Source: Spizellomyces punctatus DAOM BR117 (lineage: Eukaryota). From it: 64,000 nt of DNA. The position numbers and the translations under genes are program-made. The notes under the pieces were generated by a model, which did no database searches, had not been told where the DNA came from, and saw only the letters and a list, made by a program, of their open reading frames with translations. Each line of letters starts with the position of its first letter. Position 1 is the first letter of the stretch. Positions 50,900 through 64,000 of this stretch are shown here, in pieces. Location: NCBI GenBank assembly GCA_000182565.2, contig KQ257458.1; one strand, written 5' to 3'.

Positions 50900-51788
50900 A
50901 TGGCCGGCAAGAAAAACATTGTATTTGTTCTCACGTCTCATTCCCAGCTTGGCAATGTACGTACATGAGTTGTTATGTCCCTGCCATACCGGCAGCACTA
51001 ATGGTTCTATTAGACGGGAAAGAAAACTGGATGGTATCTCCCTGAGGTTGCCCACCCATACAACATCCTTGCTCCTCATTACAACATCACCTGGGCTTCT
51101 CCTCTCGGTGGTGAAACTCCCTTGGACCCATCAAGCGCAGAAGCGTTCGCAAAGGATGAAGAGTGTATCAAATTTTTGAACGATCCTGTAGCCCAGAAAG
51201 GGGTCAAGGAGACGGTCAAAGTGGAAGATATTCTCGCTAGAGCAAATGAGTTTGATGCAGTATTTTTCCCGGGCGGACATGGTGAGAAATCTGGGACCGT
51301 GGAATCACAGTTTGAACTGAATGAAATCTAATACTTACATGATTCGCTTACAGGACCCATGTTTGATCTGTTCACCTTTGTTCCATCTCTTCAGCTCGCG
51401 GCAAAGGTGTACGAAAACAACGGGGTAGTGGCAGCTGTGTGTCACGGTCCCGCAGCCATCGTCAACATAAAGCTATCCAACGGCGATTCCCTCGTGAAAG
51501 GAAAGCGTGTCACCTCATTTTCTAACTCTGAGGAGGACGCTGTTCAGGTGCGTACCATATTACCCATCCTCATGACTTCTTTCCTCATCTCACAAGAACT
51601 GCCTTTCTCAGTTGTCGCCAGTCATGCCATTCCTGCTGGAGAATGCTCTTAAATCTGCTGGTGCAAAGTACGAAAAGGCGGCCAAAGATTGGGAGGCTCA
51701 TGTTGTGGTTGATGGGCGGTTAATTACAGGACAGAACCCCAATTCAGGTGCACCTCTGGGGGAAAAATTGAGAGAGCTTCTAGGCTAA
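50900..51788 (+). CDS. DJ-1/PfpI family protein, Hsp31-like glyoxalase III
   Basis: TGWYLPEVAHP (catalytic Glu), FFPGGHGPMFDL, AAVCHGPA (catalytic Cys-His) and LITGQNP; 4 exons. Confidence 0.92.
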
Positions 51789-51996
51789 GTCGCCTATTCT
51801 ACCTTACTATACACAAAATAAAACTTTGCATGCATTGCCCCTCATGGCCTCTCATTCTTAATACTGTACTGAGGAATGTTGCATGTCCCGCGTACCCATC
51901 CTGCATATCGAAGAAACATGTGGAAGATATGATGTTACAATCAAATTTCATCCTCAGACCACGGTCCAGTGTGCTCATCCATAGTCACTAGATCAG

Positions 51997-53138
51997 TCAG
52001 CAGGAAACTGGCATACTCCCCGCCCCTTTTAGAAGTTCATCATTTACATCAACTTGAAACTTTTGCGGAATGCCTCTCGGAGCCTCCACATTGAATCTTC
52101 GTATCTTCGCATTGATTTCTGAACATCTCAGTTCTGCCCATTTCCTTCCTTTTTCTTCAAAATATGTTTTCTTTCCATTGGACACATTTGTCACACCTTC
52201 AACGTAAGTTCTCCACACGTCCCTCAATTCTGCCCGCATCTTTTCGATGTCCTCTTCAATCTCTTTTCCCAAATCTATCCAGGGAGGAACGTGGCCCTGT
52301 GCCTTAATCATTCGGTGCATGAAAAATTCAGTAGGCGTGATGAACGGGTTCTTGTGATCGTCCGCATCCAAATCCAGCGGTTTTCCTCGTCCCTGGAGAT
52401 TGTCAAATTCGCCATTACGCCGCGCGAGCGCAATACGCTCCTCAATTACAGAATTCCAGCCAGACATGGTGGTCGGACGCACGGCAAAGTAGTCTGTCCA
52501 AAGCTGACCAACCGGTTGTTTGTACACTGTCATCAGAGGTGAGTCGCAACTCTTCGATGCGGATTCTTATAGAACATCCGGCACCCACTTTCAGCATCCT
52601 CTTTAGCATGCATGACTCTTAGCATCTGAACCTTTTTGTTTCTAATCGGCGGTCCTCCAGTTCCCTCTAGAAATCTTCGGTTTACTACAGGGACGCTACT
52701 CGTGGTTGGATTATCTGCAGACCCTGCCCTCGTTTTCTGGCGCTGCTGCAGCAAAAACGTCTTCAAATTGTTAGTCGACATTCCACCTTGTCCCCCTCGT
52801 ACGCCTGCACCCGACCCAGCTCCATTCTTCAGTGCTGCTCCAGGATTTTTAACGAAAGCTGCCGGCGCGAAGGCTGCGGCGACGTGAAGCAACTTCAGGG
52901 CTTGTCCAAAAAGATTGTTAAGAACAGAAGAGTGCATATCTGCGGTGTAAAACTCGCGCGCGGGAGGATCGATTTGCTCAGAATCTTGTGGTTTCGGCGG
53001 GTTCGGCTCGCTGAACGTAGTATCAACGACGTTCGGTAGTGGGGTCAACTTCTCTTGGAATCCATCACTTTTTTCAGATTGTTTTGGAGTCAGGAAATTG
53101 GACGGCCCGCTATGTATGTCCTTCTTAACGGGTGACAT
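51997..53138 (-). CDS. DUF1992 (DnaJC28-like conserved domain) protein
   Basis: IEERIALARRNGEFDNLQGRGKPL...RMIKAQGHVPPWI; one intron at ~52590-52527; start uncertain. Confidence 0.8.
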
Positions 53139-53900
53139 TGTGAGTTCAGAAAGCAGTACGACTTTCAAATGCGATGATTATCTGCCGTCACCGGCTGCGC
53201 ATCTAGTCGGCAGAAGCATTACGTAATGCAATAATGTCACCTTGTCGAGTTACACTCAAGGGACTTTGCACCTGCCTTCGTTCCAGACAAAATTCCCCAT
53301 AATGCATACAGTCAGCTCCTCCAACTCAATCCTCCGCAGGAGCGAGTACAGATTATGGAATGAATCCCCAACCCAACGATTCAGGTATAATCGACATATA
53401 TCTTGACACTCCGGAAAGTATACGATGCTCCGCATTACTTGTTGCTCGCTTCTTACGACGGGGTGCTTTCTGGCGTGGACATGCAACGTTTAACTCGCTC
53501 CATATATCTCAAGTTCCGGCTAGCCGACAGGTTCGGTCGCAACCAAGGTTTGATCTTGTGTCACACTGCTTGGCTCATTATGCTAAGCCACATCCATGCG
53601 CCGCGCCCAACCGTTTGAGACCACGGTCACGGACGACCGCGGCTGCCCATCCAGCAACCTTCACGCCCTGTTGCTTCCCGCCTCAGACCCAGTGTCAGTC
53701 TGCCCCACCTCCGCTGCTACATACGCTTTGGGTAGCGCTTCCTTTGTCTCGTCTCTGGCAAGATCCCCGCTGCTGGCGGCGGTTCAGCAATCATTGGGAA
53801 TCGACGCTGATCCAACGGATTTCTGTATATTGTGGTTAGACTCCAGAACGGTGTGCGGCCGGTCCGCCTTTTGGATTTTGTATAGTTGTGTGGCACAGGG

Positions 53901-56900
53901 ATGTCTGTTCAGCAGTACGGCAAGAAATTTCCAATTCTCCTTCGGACACCTTCGCCACGAGGCCAGGTGGAGTTGTTGGAAACAATAGGAAAGGGCAATT
54001 ATGGTTATGTATATAAGGTAACTTTTTTGCAGACGCACCACGGCGGAAGGCCTGAATGAGATAAATTGGACTTTGACGCTTGCTGGGCTTGACATTCATC
54101 GCGTTGGTGAACCCAAAGTGACCTGGTGCATGGGGAGGAGATAGATAGCACTTCCATTTTGGCGTAGTATTAGCCGTAATTATGCAGCTTGGATTAAAAT
54201 TCTGCGGTTTTGAAGACATGTTCTTATGTTGCGTGTTATGGTGCTTACAGTCTTGTGTCTTTGTTAGGGCCGATTACTGGCAACCGGCGAGATTTCCGCT
54301 GTAAAGGTCGTTTTTCTTAAGGAAGATGAGCTTCGAGAAACGCTTTTAGAGATGGAGATTCTGAAGGCATGCGAACACCCAAATGTCACAAAATATATGG
54401 GATGCTTTCTAAAAGGGTTGGATTTATGGGTGCGTCGACGACTCTCAACCTTTTTGAGATTGGACGTGGACTAATCGTCGCATTGATTAGATTTGTATGG
54501 AGTTTTGTGGAGGTGGAGCACTTGACTCTTTATATCGCGGTACGTGCAAGGGGTCGCCCATATGCATACTGGCACGTGCACCCTAAAGATGTGTCATGTG
54601 TGTGCAGCCCTGAGGAAACCGCTGTCCGAAGACCAAATTGCATCTATTCTTTACGAATCCGTGACAGTACGTACCTTTTTCTGCTCAACCAACAAGCCTA
54701 TATGTGCACACTTTGACAATTTTCTCTAGGGATTGGACTATCTGCATAACCAAGTGGCTCTAATTCATCGAGATATCAAGGCAGGCAACGTACTTCTAAC
54801 CGAGAACGGGGAATGCAAGCTCGGTATGAAGATAGCGCGTTTGGAACTGTCTCAAAACTTTGCTAATCCTGATAATTATGATATGTAGCGGATTTCGGGG
54901 TGTCCGCCAAGTTGAACAATGTTGGTGGCCGGGCACGAACATTTATCGGAACTCCGTAAGTGGACTTGTTGCACTGACCATGTAAGTTACAGGCAAAGGA
55001 CATTTACATCTATCATCCACTAGATATTGGATGGCTCCGGAAGTCATTATGACAGACCCTGAGAGTGCAACACATAATACCGCGTCATACGATGCAAAGG
55101 CAGACATTTGGTCCATTGGCATTACGGCCATTGAAATTGCAGAGAAAAATCCGCCACTCTCCGATATCCATCCTATGCGAGCACTGTACTTAATTCCGAA
55201 TTCAGATCTTGGATTGGCAAAACCTAAAAATTGGTCAAAAACATTTCAAGATTTTATTGCAGCTTGTCTGATAAAAGACCCGGTGAAACGTCCATCAGCA
55301 GCACAGCTTTTGCAGCACCCGTTTTTGGCAAAGGCTCGAGGCCTTCCACGACAAAAGATTCTGAGTGACCTGGTAGCGAAGGCTAGAATAGCACGGGAAA
55401 AGCGTAAGGCCGGGTATGATGTTGAGGATGAGGAAGAAGAAGAGGAGAAAAAGGAAGAAGTCCCATCGAAGATTGTGGCTGAGACAATCAAGCAAGCGAA
55501 ACAGGCTAAGCAAACTGCTCAGCAGGTGCAGCAACATCAAATGCAAGTTGCAGCCGTTGCGGTAAGTTAAAAATCTTCCGAAATTCTTCTATTCTCAAAG
55601 ACACGTCTTGATATTTGCTGGATCAAATTAGTCACCGGTACCAACACCCTCAACTGTACTTCCCATCGCCGATTTCCCAAAGTTTGTGGATAGCATATCG
55701 AATCCTGCGGCCCGTATATTGAAACCTATGGCTATCGGAGGTCTAATGCGAATTGAGATTTTGACAGCGGACATGCTTGACAAGCAATACGTGCTTGTTG
55801 GTGGAGAGAAAGGATTGTTCTTCATTGATTTATCTCAACCCCAGGAAAACCAGGAGCTTGTCCCCTTGATACGTAATACCCGATTCAAACAAATCGAAGT
55901 ACTGGAGGATTACGGCGTTATGGTTGCCTTGTCCGGAAAGCATGATCACATCAGGCAATACAAGCTCCCATCTCTCCGAAAGTTGATCAGATACCTTCAA
56001 GGTACAAGCCCGCAGCAGCTCGCCAAAATGAACATGGCTTCTGTTGAGTCTCTCAGCAGCGCTGCTGGTAGACAACCGACAAATACCTCACAAACGCCGT
56101 CTTCACCCGCCGTGTCGGATGCTGATGAGGACATGTACCGCGCACTTCATGCAAACGTGATTGAGGATGAGGCTGTGTTAGTAACGAGATGGGCAAGCGA
56201 CTATATCAAAATCCCAGGGACTAAGGACTCGAAGGCCTTCAAAGTACAGCAAACTGAGACGTCGATTTTCATGGCGGTCTTGTTCCGGCAAGATATTATA
56301 ATGTTTGAATGGGCAAAAGAGCCATATCTGAAATTCATGAAGCTGAAAGCTTTCTGGTTGCCAGAAGGGCCTAAATTTATGCAACTACTGCATGATGGAC
56401 TGGTCGTACGGGAAATCTTTTTAGGCTACTCTTCTGAAGCAAACTTGGTGAATGTGGACGATAGTCGCGTCAAAGAAATCGATGTGCAGCGCGATTTCCG
56501 AGAAAAGGCCGGAAAGGGTAAAGCTCGATGGCAGACTTTTGTTCAGATTCCATTTTCGGAGGCAAAACGGAATGAGCTTAGGACGCTCACTCGGAATGCA
56601 GCCGTTACTGTAAATCGGAAACTCGCTGCGGTTGCGGGTGCATCAACCATGCGAGCTGGAAGCGCAAGCGCGGGAATGCGTGTGGATCGGTATTTCCTGG
56701 GGACTTATCATCGACTGACACGAGTCGTGGACCTCTTCGGGCAGCCCATGATGGGCAGTGGCGTTGGCGGATGGAAAGACGGTGTAATGTGGAGGGAAAC
56801 GCCTGCAGAGCTTGTTCTACGACCGGTCGATTGGGTCATAGGAGTTGGGCGAAGTGGTGTGGAAGTAGTGGATTGGCGAACCGCTAAATTACTCCAGACC

Positions 56901-58271
56901 TTGACCGTAGATGGGGCAACGGGATCTGGCGATATTGGCATGAGGCTATTAACTGGCCGCGACAGAGGCCTGTTTGTGGTGATAGAGCGACGGAAGAGAG
57001 GGTGCGTCCTTTATCATCTGAAAGAGAAGGAGCGACCAAAGAATGAAAGTGATGCTGGGGGGAGAGAGGGTGGTATGGATGGCAGTGGCCTTCGCGAACC
57101 ACCATTGAGTGGCGAGTCGCATCCTTCTTTCTCAAATCAACCTGCGGCTGCTGTTGCCAATGGTCCTACGGAGTCGATCGTTGGCCAGATGCAAGTGCTC
57201 TCCGTACAAGACACCGCTGAATTGGCCAATGGCGGTGGTTCCCCACCTAAAGTTGCAGCGGCATCGCAACACCAACGCCTGGGAAATCAGCCCAACCTTG
57301 TGCCATCAGACAATAGAGACGCACAACACCTGCCCAAATCGCCGTCCGGCCCTGTTCCGACCGCGAAGTTACCGGAAGTGCCACAGTACGAAGCCTCTCA
57401 GCAGCCAACTGTGCATCCGATCCGAACGGTATCAAATGCGTCGTCATTATCTTCCAGTAATAGCTCTGCACCAGTATCTCCGCGTCCTGGTGGAAGTCCA
57501 GCAGGATCGCCGGCTCAGCAACGACGAACAGCTGGGGAACACCCCCCTCAACATCAGCAGCATCAACATGCGTATCAGCAGCAACATCCGCACCGACCAA
57601 TGACACCCCAAGAGCAGCAATACTATGCCCAACAACAGGCAATGGCTGCAGATCCAAGATATGCACAGTACATCGCCCAGCAGCAACAGCAGCAACAACA
57701 GTACTATGCACGGGCAGGTTCACCTGTCGACCCACGCTATGCGGCGGATCCTCGATATGCCGCGTACTATGCTCAACAACGACAGCAGCAACAATTGCTA
57801 CTACAACAACAGCACCAACAGCAACACCAACTCCACCAACATCACCAACAAGGGCCACGCCCCCCACAAGCTGGAGGACCGCCGGCGGCGGCGAATGGCG
57901 GTTCTCAACGATACCCGAATGATGTTGACACTCTCCGTAGTGCCGCATCATCAGCATACGGGTCTGCGCCAGGAGGGTACCATCCACAAGGCCATAGGCC
58001 TGCCGCTCCTGCCGGGTACGGGTACGTGCAGGGCCATCCGCAGGCTCGAACTCAACCACAGCCACAAGGGTATGATCCCCGGTACATGCACGATCCACGC
58101 TATGCGCAGCAGCAGCAGGCCATGTATGCGGCTGCACAAGGTCGTGCACCAGCACACGCCCAGCAAGCTGTTTTTGGGTATTATCCTAGGCCACCGGCGC
58201 AGGGGCGTGTGGTTGGATACGAGTATGGTGGCGACGATGCTCAGGAGAATGAAGGAGAGCGCAGACAATAG
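53901..58271 (+). CDS. STE20/GCK-family kinase with CNH-like domain (MAP4K-like) and Gln-rich tail
   Basis: IGKGNYGYVYK, ICMEFCGGGAL, IHRDIKAGNVL, ADFGVSA, FIGTPYWMAPEV and HPMRALYLIP; CNH-like RFKQIEVLEDYGVMVALSGK. Confidence 0.92.
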
Positions 58272-59998
58272 ATTATTTGAAGATAGATTTTGGGACGATC
58301 TTTGTCGGGATATGTATTGCAGGGACTTTTATGTTTTTTTTTTTTCACTCCTGCTGCATAAAGGGTTCATTTTTGCCTTACTACTATGTTGGAGTTTTGT
58401 TAGAATCATTGTGTGCTTTGGGTAATTGGCCACCATTCAAGTGAATTGTAAATCAGCCAAGTTTAAATCACCGGCGAAGAACTTGATAGCTTGTTCAACA
58501 TTCTCGCAAGATTGCATTATTAGCCGTCCAGGAGTGAGCAGTATCCTGGCCGTGAAGACAGATGTGACATACCCCATGACTAAAAAGAGCTGGAATGTGA
58601 TACTCATTAACGGCATGCCCCATCCTGTGTATTTTAAAGTCTATGCGTTGCAGTGCCTTTGCATCAGCGGTTGTCTGATTCAGGAAACAGCAATACCAAT
58701 TTTGCCAAAATTGGTGCAGGCAATTGACGTCCTTATGCTAGTCTGAGGTTGATCATTCTTCCAAAGCTCATCGTTGGCAGTTGAGCATGTCGATATCAGA
58801 GTGAAGTGGACTTGTGCTCTACCAGCCTTTGGCGTTTGATCATAGCAATCAAGCTGGCTGCCAGGTACTTTTTTTTTGCACTCAAACTGAGGAGCTGCTA
58901 TTAACAAACATTTATTTGTTGCCGTAACCTTACAAGAGCCAGATATATACAAGCTCAAGGTTGTCACCATTTTTTACCTCAAAGGGGAAGTTTCCTCTTC
59001 TGCGGACTCAGGAGCTTGGCTAGCAAAATGGGTTGCACGAGAATGCCCACAATAATTAGACCTTGCTCCTTTGCCACTAGAAAGAGTTGTCCAAGGCGCT
59101 TGTGGAGTAAAACTGCATGTGGGATGCGACGTTGACCACAAGGATGACTGTGCATCGAGCTTGGAGAGATCATACGGTGGTCTCGCTAACATGTTCGTAT
59201 GAGGTGGCTATGATCGTCACGGAGAAGTTCTGTATGGGATCGTGTGATGCATCTTACCAAGGTAGACCATATACAGCGGGATAAAGTGGCCCGCCAAATA
59301 TCTCCAGCCCTTGGCAGCGGCAAATTGTTGGTCGATCAAGTTCTTGTCCCCTCCGCCATGCTATTATAATCACTGCTAAGCCCGATCATCACGTTTAACC
59401 ATGTGAGATTCAACATCGTTTGGCATATGTCAATGCGCCGATCATCCATTGCAATGGATACATGTCAAGGGTTGTGCTTTCCGAAAATTCGTCCGAGCGA
59501 TAGTCGCCGTGTGTTTCCTTTGCGAACAGAACGGCACACTCTGCAGCCCTTTCGCCCCTCAACGCACAGGGGACACTTTGTGCTAGTGCCACTTGTTCAG
59601 TAACTGTGCCATTTACGTTGCGTGACTGGACGATAAGGGAAATGTTGGACATGAAGGGGCTTGTGCACGTTGTAGAGTAAGCAATTCGCAGCTGCTCACC
59701 TCTTTCTTCCCTTTGACCCTGTCCTTTTTTTTTGTTCTCCTGCAATCGCGAGCTATCGCCGTAGCGTCGTCCTTGTGATTTTTTATATCTGCACGCACGG
59801 GTTCCCCTGGCACTACCATTCGCAAGTATCGTGCGCCAAAGATTAAAAGAAGGGCCACTCCGGTGGTGGCACCACGCAAGCAACATAATTCCCTTTCCAT
59901 CGTTTCGAGGCTACGTCGTCGCAAGGGCTCCACCATAGCGCGGCCATTCGGCCTGCCCACAACGCTTCCTAATTCCTTCTATTCTCGGTTCGTCCAGA

Positions 59999-61567
59999 AT
60001 GCCGGATGTGAAGGCGACTGAAACTGTGGGAAACCCGTCCTCAACGGAGAGCAAGGATCGCAAGGACCCGACATCGCCAGGCGCTTTCCGCAAATTGTGG
60101 AAGGGATACTTTGGCAAAGCATCAAAAGAAGATGTCTCGCTAGCTTGGCAAGCCGTTTCACACCTTGCCCAGACGGGAGAATCGCTTTTTAGGCTGGAAA
60201 ACGCCAGGTAAGTTGAAATACGAATTTGTAGATGATAGCCTGTTATGGTCTATGTTATCTCTTGGATCCCGTAGCCATGGATAGCAAGGGCCAGTCACAT
60301 AACCCTGTTACTTCAATCAATTAAAGACCCATATTTCTGTTCAATTTAGTTGGCGCATATGGAGTCGGAAGACGCCAGCTGAATCAGCTGAAATGTCTAC
60401 CATTGAGCAAACTGAGCAGACGTCTCCCGTAGTTCCGGTTGCAGAAGAGTCACCTGCTCCTGCCTCAGCTCCTACAACTCCTACAGACCCTGGACGCCGC
60501 CCAACCTTATTGGAATCATATTTGCCACAAAAGATCGCTGAACTTCCGACCACCGTTTTGGAGCGGTTAAAGAAGGATTCCGTCACCGGCACTATATCGT
60601 CGCTTTTAGGGGAGCCGTTAGCTGATCTCATTAGCTCGGCGATTGCACGTGCTGAAGCCACGGGACTACTCGACATCGGTGAGGCACAATATGATCGCTG
60701 GCGACTCCAGTCCTCCCCGACATCCTTCATTAAAAAGTGGAATTGGCTGAGCGGTCGCGGTGGAAAAGGGGAGGGACTTGATAGGATAGATTCTGCTGTA
60801 GATCTAGACGCCGATGGTTCGATTGACGAAATCTTCAAACGGGTGGACACCGACAAGGGAGATGATGAGAATTCCATCGCCTTTCTTCTACCTCCGCCAG
60901 TTCCGCCAAACACACCTTCCGCTTCTCCAGGTGTCGATGTTCTTGTGGAGCATTGTCGACAGAATCCTCATCAATTTCGCAAACGTTCCGTGCAAGCAAT
61001 TCCGATCAAGCAACCGTCACTTCTGTCCAAACTGATCGACGAGTCGTTGAAGGAACAAGACGTTTTTCAGGCAGCTGCCCAAAGACGGCGTTTGATGCGA
61101 CTAATGCGACGTAGGGCTATTGAATTTGAAGGCGAGGACAAGCGCGGCATGGACGTTGAAACTTACATGAAGCTTGTTGACGCGTGTGACGATGCTGCTA
61201 GCACAGGTGGAAACGACCGTCATTGGAAGCCATCTGACGTTGAGCCATTTGGGGACTCTGAAACTCGGAGGAAAGTGACTGATACTGCACAGAGCCTCAT
61301 TGGTACGTGGCTGCCGGTCTATTGTACCAGATCACTTTAAAAAACCTTTTTGCTAAAACACCTTTGCTCAGATCCCACATGGCGCATTCGAGATACCCGC
61401 AGCCGTCGAATGCCTTGGTTTGAGCGCAGTCGAAGTGCGATGTACGATGATGGGGACTTAGATAGCTTTCTGGTATGGTAAATGTAGGTGTGATGGCAGA
61501 GGTTTTTTGTACATAGGAGATGCGTTTGGGATCTGCAGCGGATAGAACGAGCCAGGAAGGCGTATGA
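59999..61567 (+). CDS. DUF1752 (RLENxSWRxW motif) fungal protein
   Basis: Removing intron 60208-60349 builds RLENASWRIW; long exon to ~61303; 3' exons uncertain. Confidence 0.7.
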
Positions 61568-61849
61568 TCGAACCGTTGGCATACATTGACAGTATTTCGT
61601 AATGGGGTTTCCTAATACTGGTGTACATAGTTTGTGGGAAAATACTGCCTTGTAGCATTGCAGCCTATTTGAATTAACCACATTTATGGTGACATCATCC
61701 TCATGAAGATAAACAAAAGGACGGGTCGAATACGTGCGGCCATGAAATGATTGCCCTTGCGGCCATCTGCATGAGTGGAATATTCTGCAGTTGCCAAATG
61801 CATGACGCCCATGACTATTGTATCGACTTGGTTTTCGATGCAAACGCCC

Positions 61850-62240
61850 CTCTTCCTCTTCCCTCTTTTTCTTGATCCCTCGACTCTCGAAGCTTCTGCC
61901 CAACACTCAAGCAACTCTCAAGTCAATCATGAGAATGCCACTCTGGTGCCGAGGACCTCGCCCTCCCGACAACAATAACAATACACAAGGAGCACCTTGC
62001 AATTGCTACAACTACTATGCTGCAGGTATGCATTGCCTTTGTATTCTCCCACACTTATTACCCAGTCTAATTCCCGATTTACCTGAGTATCTGAAACATC
62101 CTCCGACTCAAGAACTTCGGAATCAGAGGCCTAGTAGGATTTCTCTCGTGGTGGTGGGCGCTAGTTACCCGGTTGACCAACCGTCATGTATTGCATATGT
62201 AATTGGGCCTAGTGGTTATTAGTTAGCTAGTCAGCTTTTC
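61850..62240 (+). mobile_element. Diverged copy 4 of the internal cassette of the TIR element
   Basis: Pyrimidine tract, CCTCGACTC, ATG 61929 MRMPLWCRGPRPPD, intron 62026-62065, and 3' blocks GGCCTAGTAGG, GTGGTGGTGGGC, AGTTACCCGGTT and GTATTGCATATGTAATTG; lacks the family TIRs. Confidence 0.7.
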
Positions 62241-62933
62241 ACACAAGGGGATTAAATCGTCCGTCATTTGCCCATAAATGGGAACAAGCTTCAGGTGTTC
62301 ATCGTCCGAACCACGCGCCTCAGCTAGTGTGGCGCGGTATGAGTTGCTCCTATGCGTCTACCAGCCACCAAATGGCTAGTGCAATGTCTTAAAGTCGGAC
62401 GCGAGCGTTGCCTGACTTTCAACCTTTTTCCTTCAAGCTGGGCCCCGCGCGTTCGCCAATCTCGCGTTTTTTATACCCCCCAGGCTCAACTGTACATTCG
62501 CGCCCTTTCCTCATCTTTCGCGTAAAGTAGTAATTGGTTGCCAGCAGCCGTCTTGGGGGGCCGTACTTGCTATCCACGCTATCTTTTCATTGAGTGCGAT
62601 TCGTTGGTCTCAGCGTTTGATATCTGCGCAACACTGCATCTTCCACCCAGCAGCGCATAAAGGCAATCTACACACCTGCCCGCTCCAAAGCTGCTTTCCG
62701 CTTGGTGCTCTTGTAAAGGTGGGTGTCCTGTCCAGCCTGGTTTCAAATTTGTGCACGGACTTGGCCCTACGGGGCGATGGTCGGGTAGTTGACTGTGAGC
62801 AATATATCGCCGTCATCAAGTTGGGCGCCAGCTGTTGTTTACCTGCTTTGAACTTTTCAACTGACGCCGGTCTTCATTTCTTCGCGTGATGCAGCTGAGT
62901 TGAATACTCTTCTTGAGACCTTCCCTTTTCAAG

Positions 62934-64000
62934 ATGATGCAGAATCAGGTAAGCACTATCGGCCCAAGTCATGTAGTATCATCTTCAATATGGCATATCG
63001 CATATATTGTGGTAGAGATCTGATAGTAGATTTGTGGATATTGATACTGACTTTTGCGTCTCCACGTCCAGCGCACCACCCGCAGCAGGGTTGCGGCCAC
63101 GAAAGCGCTGGCGCACGATGAGAACGCTGTGCCAAAACCGAGAGCTGCCGTTAAAGGCAAAAGCAGCGGCACAACCAAAGAAGCTGCGAAGCCAACGATT
63201 ACCAAGAAGACTCTTACCACGGCTGTTCCCAAACGAGCAGCCCTCGGGGAAGTGGCCTCGAATCAAGCTGCCGTGGTATGCACAGTGGCCTCATGTTGTC
63301 CGATGCATGATATTCGGATGCGTTCATGAAGCGTTAATCCGTCACATGGTCAATTGTAGAAGAATGATACGAAGAATACCCAAGTCCAACCGGCCAAGCG
63401 TGCTGTGCGCGCTCCTACGCAAAAGAAGGCTTTGTCGGTGGTTCCCGAAGTGGAAGAAAAGGTCAAGGAAACCACGGTGGTCAAACGCGAGGTCGAGACT
63501 CGCAGGGCCGTCAAGCTTGCTAAACAGGAACCTCCAGTGAAAGACTTAGTCAAGAAAGAGAACAATGCTGAGCCCGTGCCACATGTGAATCCCAAGCATG
63601 TTATGGTTGACGCTAGTGAGGCTCTTCCTGTCGCTAAAAAGGCTAAAACCGCTGCTCCTGCTCCTGCTCCAGCGTGGGAGGAATTCGATGCGGATGATGC
63701 GAATGATCCTATGATGGTTTCTGAGTACGTCAATGAAATCTTTGAGTACATGAGACAATTGGAGGTGCGTAAGATGCTTGGTTTTAAAAGTCATTGTCGC
63801 GTTGCAAAATTACTCATCAGATTGACCCTTCTTTCACTTTGTTTTATCGTTTTGCAGATTGACACGTTACCGGGATCAGATTACATGGACGAACAAAAAG
63901 AGCTGCAGTGGAACATGCGTAGCATTCTTGTGGACTGGCTCATTGAGGTTCACTACAAATTCCGTCTCCTTCCGGAAACCCTGTATCTGGCAGTCAACAT
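62934..64000 (+). CDS. B-type (G2/M) cyclin, truncated by the window end
   Basis: Destruction-box-like RAALGEVASN; DPMMVSEYVNEIFEYM; cyclin box MRSILVDWLIEVHYKFRLLPETLYLAVN. Confidence 0.93.

Noticed and set aside
57247-58425. 302-aa antisense and 266-aa off-frame ORFs
   Set aside because: By-products of the CAG/CAA-rich kinase tail
58426-59600. Scattered 60-100-aa ORFs
   Set aside because: No consistent frame or domain; left unannotated

Overview
Intron-rich eukaryotic DNA with short GT-AG introns and CTRAC-like branch points. The gene content points to a fungus: Zn2Cys6 transcription factor, DUF1752, DUF3712 and DUF1769 proteins, and a Slm1-like PH protein. A MAP4K-CNH kinase, a stathmin-like protein and an alpha-mannosidase with about 30 introns suggest an early-diverging, chytrid-like lineage (inference). 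I can support 22 protein-coding genes, six near-identical tRNA-Ala(AGC) genes scattered over the first 24 kb, and four copies of a small repeat family. Three copies are ~740 bp with ~30-bp terminal inverted repeats. They carry an apparent mini transcription unit: TATA box, a short ORF with a conserved WCRGPRPPD motif, a conserved spliceosomal intron and a TAG-rich 3' block. A diverged fourth copy keeps this cassette but has different ends. Two copies sit ~270 bp upstream of tRNA-Ala genes in the same orientation. Other highlights are an intronless bacterial-type NlpC/P60 hydrolase beside a tRNA gene, a stathmin-like gene, a fimbrin with an acidic-Trp/Pro-rich N-terminal extension, and a 2-nt micro-exon needed to build a conserved GH38 motif. 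Exon boundaries were read by eye and family calls rest on recognised motifs; no searches were run.
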